Assembly: GCA_951406725.2 (NCBI GenBank)
Contig: OX597816.1
Coordinates: 84,258,001-84,322,000, forward strand
Reading direction: 5' to 3'
Length of the DNA stretch: 64,000 bases
From: Octopus vulgaris
Lineage: Eukaryota
This document shows positions 56,902 through 64,000 of this stretch, piece after piece. The translations under genes and the position numbers were made by a program. Under the pieces are notes generated by a model that had not been told where the DNA came from, did not search any database, and saw only the letters and a list, made by a program, of their open reading frames with translations. Positions within the stretch are counted from its first letter, which is position 1; the number at the start of each line of letters is the position of its first letter.

Positions 56902-56937
56902 CTAATATTTTACTTCATACCCATATTTTATTCTTCA

Positions 56938-57160
56938 GTTAGCACGTCGGACAAAATGCTTAGCTACATTTCGTCCCACTTTATATCCTGAGTTACAACT
57001 CCGCCGAGATTAACTTTGCCATTCACCCTTCCGGGAACGATGAAATTACTACCAGTTGAGTAGTGGGGTCGATGTAATCACCTATCCCACAACCGAAAAA
57101 AAAACCCCACGAAAAATCTATGGAAAAAAAAAATTGAAGCCTTGTGCCTGTAGAAGAAAT
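56938..57160 (+). mobile_element. SINE family A, diverged monomeric copy
   Basis: GTTAGCACGTCGGACAAAATGCTTAGC...CTGAGTTACAACTCCGCCGAG...CTTTGCC. Confidence 0.7.
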
Positions 57161-58489
57161 AACTATTATTATTGGTTTACATATTCTTCAAAAAATTATT
57201 CTTAATCCATTAAATATATACTGCAAGAATTTCCTAAATTTACATTTCATTTTGTACATATTATGATTTATATATATATATATATTTATATATATGTATA
57301 TTTAATAGTTTACATCTATGGTCCTTACTGTATATTTGATTCTTTGGGAAGCTCCTCTACCTCTTCTATTCTATTTTATTCTTCCTCTCTGGCCGTAGAG
57401 CCTTTGGTGCCAAGCCGCATGGCAAGAATAGATTACATATTTCTTTTTCTTTTTTATTGCGTAGCATCATCGGCAGGTTTCTCTTGCGTTATGTATTATA
57501 TATGTATTATGAATGTAGTAGTTAAATTGTATATTAAGCAATATTTTGTGTTTTGTTATGCATGTCATCCCTCGACCATGGAAAATTTTCTTGCATGAAA
57601 CCTGCGCATGGTACCAAATTTTGTGGACAGATATTCCTTACGACCCATATTTAATTCCTTGGACTTCTAGTCTGACACATAAAGATGATGGACTTGCTAA
57701 GATTTTGAAATCTATTGATGATTCAACATATTTAAGGTATCTTTAACGTATTTAAGGTATCTACGCTTCTTATGCATTAAGTATTCCTATTATATAACAC
57801 ACTTTTGCACAAACAGTCTCGCACTTATATATTATTTAGCTACACATTAATCTTGACTTATATTCTAATTAGATATTATTTTCTAATTCATATTTTTCGA
57901 ACCTCTATGCATCCGAAATCCATGAGATTTCAAATACATAGAGGTTTTATATACACACCTTGAATTAATCGTTGAGGAGCATATAAAACGTTAAATGTTA
58001 GGAGATATATGAGGTGATTATGTTTATGCCTTTTGTTACATATGTGTATTTTGTTACACTAAGGATGGTCAATTCACTAAACTTAGATTCAGTCCCTTAA
58101 TTCGTATGAAACAATATATATATATATATATTTTAATGACCATACAAACCTAATTTTATCTACTATCGGTCTTCAATACATTGCATATATATAAAGAGAA
58201 AATTGTGTATGTATACTTAAATCTGGAGCATTGATACAGCCATGATATTCTCGTGATTTGAAGAGCCAGCATTCTTTATCTTTAACACTGATTTGTAAAT
58301 ATGCAATTGCGTTGTATAATGCATAGCATGCATGTTAATGCAGACATATAAATGTAATTTATAAAATGCTAAAATCATTATTACATGAAGAAGGCTGCAA
58401 AACAGTTGTAATCCCAAGGATGACAAATGGTTAAGTAAATATATATAACTCACATATCTCCTGATTTTGTTATGGTTCATATACGTATA

Positions 58490-58654
58490 TAGGCACAGGA
58501 GTGGCTGTGCGGTAAGGAGTTTCCTTACAAACTACATGGGTCCAGGTTCAGTCCCACTGCGTGGCACATTGGGCAATTGTCTTCTACTATAGCCTCGGGC
58601 CGACCAAAGCCTTGTGAGTAGATTTGGTAGACGGAAAGTGAAAGAAAAACGTCG

Positions 58655-58693
<39 letters not shown>

Positions 58694-58910
58694 GTGTGTG
58701 TATATGTTTGTTTGTTTGTGTTTGCCCTCCCCCGCCACATCACTTGACAACCGATTCTGGTGTGTTTACATCCCTGTAACTTAACGGTTCGGCAAAAAGA
58801 GGCCGATAGGAAAAGTACTAGGCTTACAAAGAATAAGTTCTGAGGTCGATTTGCCCGACTAAGGGCGGTGCTCCAGCATGTCCGCACTGAAATGACTGAA
58901 GCAAATAAAA
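58490..58910 (+). mobile_element. SINE family B, full length
   Basis: Same architecture as the 19315 copy. Confidence 0.9.
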
Positions 58911-59952
58911 CAATACATACATACACACACACAAATACATATATGAGTATATATGTATGTGTATGTATATATGTTTGTATGCATGTATTTGTGTATGTGT
59001 AGATGTGAATGAATCTTTGTGTATGTTTACGTATATAGACATAAGGCATTCTATGTTTATGAATATCTCTCTGTATCGTTTGATATATTTTTCTCACTGT
59101 CCTTATTTGTTTCTTCGAAGCATATAATCTTTGCTGTTTCCTCATAATTCGTCTTTATTTACCGTCCGGTTTGGAGACCTCATCATTTCTTCTTATCCCA
59201 TTTGTCTCACTTTCTTCTATTCGTGTTTGTCTTTTATGTCCGCTCATTTATAACCAAGCAGAGTATGTTGCTGACACCACCAAATCGAACAATATTACCG
59301 TAGGTGTCGAAATTGTGGTTATATTTGGTCGACAACTGATGAGGGAAAATATGTAGCTATTTTTCCGTATGCCTCTTTGACGTCTTCGTGTGCAAGAGTT
59401 TTAATGTATGAGTGTGTGTATGTGTGTATGTGTCTCTGTGTGTAAATAGGTGTATGCTTGTACATTTATATATGTAGATGAGTATGCACGCAACTATATG
59501 AAGTAGGCGAGTTCATAACCTTGTTTGCACTTAGCAGTAGATCAGTGATAATGCAAACATTATCAGAGATGTTATGATCCAATACGAAAGGTTGGGGTTA
59601 CTTTACGTTTTTTTCCTCATTTCTACGCACGTACCTAACTTTTACATGTCTCTTTATTTCCTTTTTCCCTGTTTTTATTTCCGTTTTCCAATTGTTTCTT
59701 CTTCTGTGATGGACGTTTTATTGCCTGTTTTTATATATTTATTTATCTATTTCCATATGTCTTTTCTCCCCTGCTTCATTTTATATATCTTCTTTCACTC
59801 TATTTTTATTTCCCTCTTTACATTTTTGCGCATCTTCTAGGTTATATTATATAATGTTCGCCGTTTGAATCCATTCGAAACGTATGTATGAAACATATTA
59901 AAATTATCAACACTTCGTTTTGTGATTATTATGATATATATATATATATATA

Positions 59953-60445
59953 CGAAGGGTTACCCAAAGTAACCAGAAACTTTCTCTGTGGGAAAGCCCA
60001 CTGCAGTTCCAGCTTCTGCCGCTAGAAGCCACTTGATGCCACCTTCAGGCATCAGTCTGCCGACAGGCATTGTCCACTCTGATCGTACTGCCACGTTATG
60101 CGTCTTTGTTTTGCAGTACTTCTCTGTTCATCGATATTTGCAATGGCTGAAGTGAGGGAACAGTGTACTTCCGTGAAATTTTGTTTCTTCCGGGGGAAAT
60201 GGCGGCCAAAACAGTTGTCATGCTTCATACAGCCTACAAAGACTGCCACGAGTAAAACGCAAGGTTACGCGTGGTTTTCACACTTTTTGAATGGTCACTT
60301 GTCACTTGAGGACAAACCTCGTTCAGAACGATCGTCGACCTTGTCGAACGTGCGAAAACATCATTAAATTACATGAAATCATCTTGGAGGACTGCCACCG
60401 AACAAGTGATGAACTTGTTGATGACTGGTGTGTTCTGGAGCTTCT
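59953..60445 (+). mobile_element. mariner (irritans-like) 5' fragment
   Basis: TA-CGAAGGGTTACCCAAAGTAACC start; MAEVREQCTSVKFCF...SKTQGYAWFSHFLNGHLSLEDKPRSERSST...ENIIKLHEIILED (N-terminal HTH region). Confidence 0.8.
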
Positions 60446-61250
60446 GCTGAAGAAAAATAAAATATCGTACAGTGCCACAAATATCAGAAGACCTGGAAAA
60501 TCTGCAGCTTTTCTATCATGATTATATAACCGTATTTACGTGAATCAATTCTGGTGCAATAGGTGAAATTAATGAATATTTAACTGACAATTTGAAAATA
60601 TTAAAATTCTCAGGTAAAGAATTAATGAGCTAAAATGCTCCTTACAAATATAGTCTTCGAGGGCAACAACTGAAAATATGCATAATTCTGAAGTGCAGCA
60701 TGTATCAGTTATTACTGTTGTTATTTAAATTCCAATTCCAATGACGGAACCCGCTTGTTTGGTAGACACGAGCTCCTTAGTTGTAAGAAGAATTGAAATA
60801 AATACAAGGAATGCAAAGGTCATCTAAACATGCATTCAATCATACATACATACATACATACATACATGCATTCAATCATTCATACATTCATACATACATA
60901 CGTACGTACATACATACATACATACATAAATACATACATACATACGTACGTACGTACGTACATACATACATACATACATACATACATACATACATACATA
61001 CATACATACATACGTACACACATGCGTACGTACATACACATAGTCAGAAATATGCACAAAAGCTTAAAAATTCTGTTTCTAGGAGCAAGAGCAAAAGGAA
61101 CCGACGCGGATTCTCCAAATCCAATCTATTAGTGGTACAGTGAAGATTTGTAAGACATTGCAAAAATTCTCCTTGCGAGATTCCTATGTGGCTAGATGGA
61201 CAGACATGTATATATATATATACATACATACATATACATACATACATACA

Positions 61251-61316
<66 letters not shown>

Positions 61317-61366
61317 CATACATACATATATATATATATGTGCGTGTGTGTGTGTGTGTGAGTATG

Positions 61367-61400
<34 letters not shown>

Positions 61401-61609
61401 TCGACAGTTCAATCAACACCAAATCAACCACATATATACATATACCGGGAATTCTCTTAACTCTAAATGTCTTGTCACTTTGTTAGCGACCGGCGTGAAC
61501 TCTCTTCAAAAATTTTTATAAAAGTCAAAGAAAAATTATATATAGGTACGTACGCACATACTACATACATACACACACACTCACACACACACAAACACAC
61601 AAACACACT

Positions 61610-62180
61610 CATGAACTTACAAAGTATAAACAACATCACAGAGAGACTGTCTCCTTGGAATATGCCTTTGCGATACTGTAGTCTAGTGGTGATAATACAG
61701 TCACTCTTTGTGTTTAATTTCAAGATGATGGCCCACGATGAAGTCAGGTCAGCTATGGCTTTGACTATTCTCACTGTGACTTTAGCAAGTTGATGGGCTT
61801 CTAGCATCCATGTGTAGGGAACAGAGTAAAAGTCTTTCTTGTAGTCTAGCCTCATTGAAACAAAGTTCCTCCTATGAGCTCGCACCTCTGACATCACGGT
61901 TTTGTTGATTAACAATTGCTAGGCACATCCTCAAAATTCCTTCTTTCCAACTGCTTGTGCTGCTCTGATAATGTTATTGATTTCACAATGGTCCTGGAGG
62001 AAGAGGTTTAAATATGCTGTATATATCTTATACATTAGGTTCTGGCATGCAATTGGCCGGTAGTGTTTTGCAATGTGTATGGTTCTGCATTTGGGAATTA
62101 ATTTTGTCTCTGCTAGAGCTAACCAGTGTGGTAAGTTACTGTTCCCAATAAAAGCTTGCGGGTAAAGATTGATAAGATAT
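61610..62180 (-). mobile_element. R4/Dong-like (RLE clade) LINE reverse transcriptase fragment
   Basis: PHWL...TKLIPK...YRPIACQNLMYKIYT; LLINK...LDYKKDFYSVP...YRKGIFQGDSLSVMLFILC; bounded by microsatellites on both sides. Confidence 0.8.
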
Positions 62181-63229
62181 GATCCGTAGAATACATGCAT
62201 ACATACAGACATACATACATACATACATACATACATACATACATACATACATACGTACGTACGTACATACATACATACATACATACATACATACATACAT
62301 ACATACATACAGTTACTCTACTTAGATTATAACTTCAGGTTTATACCTGTAATTTTTGGGTCACTGGAATATGTAACACAGTGCTTAAATACCAATCGTA
62401 AGAAATTAGGCTCCTCAAAACCAGAAAGGAGAAAGCTGAGCCAATCGATCACTGGAAGTGTAAAAAACTGTAAAACTTTCCTGAAGTTTATCATTTGAAT
62501 ATATATGAGCATGTCTAGATATGCAACTGTATGGATGAGAATATATACATAAAACATACAAATCTGCACATTCATGCATACATACATACAAAATTATCCT
62601 GTTATTGATGTTGAAATTCCAATGAAGGATGCTTGGAACTAGGTTAGAAACCGGTTCTTTCTCTATTGGCAAGAAATCTTGAAGTAAAGTAAATGACATA
62701 CATACATACATACATACATACATACATACATACATACATACATACATACATACATACATACATACATAGGTCGATAGATACATATATACATTTAAAATAT
62801 AGAAATCGTAGAAAACTTGTTTGAATGCTTGTAACAGACTAAACACTGCTATAGGTACCCAAAGCTGCTAAAGGTACCCAAATCTTCTAAAGGTACCCAA
62901 GAAAAAGGTGTCAGTAAACAATCGAACAATTAATTAAGTCTGGCACTCAAGAACTCATGACATAGTCGTTCCGAACAAATACCAGTTTGTATTCTCTTTG
63001 ACATTCTCACAATCCCGTTATCATTTCTTTACCTTTCCATGATTGGCAATTTCTACAAAGTGCACCGAAAGGACAAAACGCAAAGCTGACAACGAAGAAA
63101 TTCATACTCAGATAGAAAAGAACCGAAAAGAGTACTGCCAATTCTCACATATAAATTATGTCTCGCACTTGGAGACAATATTTTAATTATATAATTTTTT
63201 TTATATGTTCCTTATTAAGTTTTAATAAC

Positions 63230-63410
63230 CAACACGAAATGCTTAGCTGTATTTCGTCTGTCATTATGTTCTGAGTTCAAATTCCGCCGAGGTCGATTTT
63301 GCCTTTCATCCTTTCGGGATGAAATTAAGTAGCAGCTGCTTACTGGGGTCAATCTAATCGACTGACCTCTCCCCTAAAATTTCGGGCGTTGTGCCTTGAG
63401 CAGAAAAGGA
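63230..63410 (+). mobile_element. SINE family A, monomeric partial copy
   Basis: CGAAATGCTTAGCTGTATTTCGTCTG...GAGTTCAAATTCCGCCGAGGTCGA...AAAATTTCGGGC.TTGTGCCT. Confidence 0.8.
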
Positions 63411-63438
63411 TATCCACTAGTCTCTCTTTCTTTCTCTC

Positions 63439-63496
<58 letters not shown>

Positions 63497-64000
63497 TACA
63501 CACACGTTCTCTCTCGCTCTTTCTGTATGTATTTCTGTATATCTTCAATGTCTTCCTATGGTTTATGGATTGACTATTTGGGGGTTTTGCAAGTAAACCG
63601 GTGTTCTTATTGACATAGAAGATTCTCGAACATTTCAAAGCATACGTAATTACGAACGTTCTGGCGACAATGTTCTTGTTTAGGCCCCGATGAATACTGA
63701 TCAAGCAATCCTGGGAAAATATGCTCCATCTATGATCATACTATAATTTTTTTTCAGGCGTAATATATCTAGAACGATATTATCCAGTATATTTCCAATG
63801 TGTTAAAAGTGTTACCAGGAATAAATTTTACTGCTAGTTCGTGCAGGTTCGGCAAAAACAAAAGCACAATTCGTTATGTGTAGTAACAACGCGCTAGGCA
63901 GTGGTTATCGCTATGTTAAATTTTATTACGTTGTAAACACGCGGTAGCCATGAGATATATCCCAATTCCTTGCGGTATCTAACCGAAAGTTGGTCTGCAG

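Noticed and set aside
62853-62900. AGGTACCCAA repeated three times at 19-bp period
   Set aside because: Simple short tandem repeat; no unique spacers, eukaryotic context, not CRISPR.

Overview
Eukaryotic, AT-rich, extremely microsatellite-dense non-coding DNA. The SINE families and repeat landscape point to an octopus/coleoid cephalopod genome (inference). No intact host gene is evident. Most ORFs in the supplied track are artefacts of (TA)n, (CA)n, (TATG)n and (TATC)n runs. Recognisable content: at least six decayed Tc1/mariner transposons plus two MITEs; a decayed Penelope-like retroelement (RT, Cys linker, GIY-YIG; Neptune-type); R4/Dong-like and CR1/L2-like LINE fragments; three or four tRNA-derived SINE families; and a 5S rRNA pseudogene. 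The main unannotated signal is a dense population of hammerhead ribozyme (HHR) motifs: about 12 type I motifs (intact to degenerate) and 3 possible type II-order motifs. They sit in short non-coding cassettes, mostly anchored on (TA)n. Five times they form inverted repeats or palindromes with the ribozyme-bearing tails pointing outward (about 7.9-8.5, 32.2-32.7, 37.4-38.2, 42.8-43.3 and 53.7-54.0 kb). These look like minimal, body-less, two-tailed Penelope/retrozyme-like elements. All coordinates and alignments were read by eye; no folding or database search was run.
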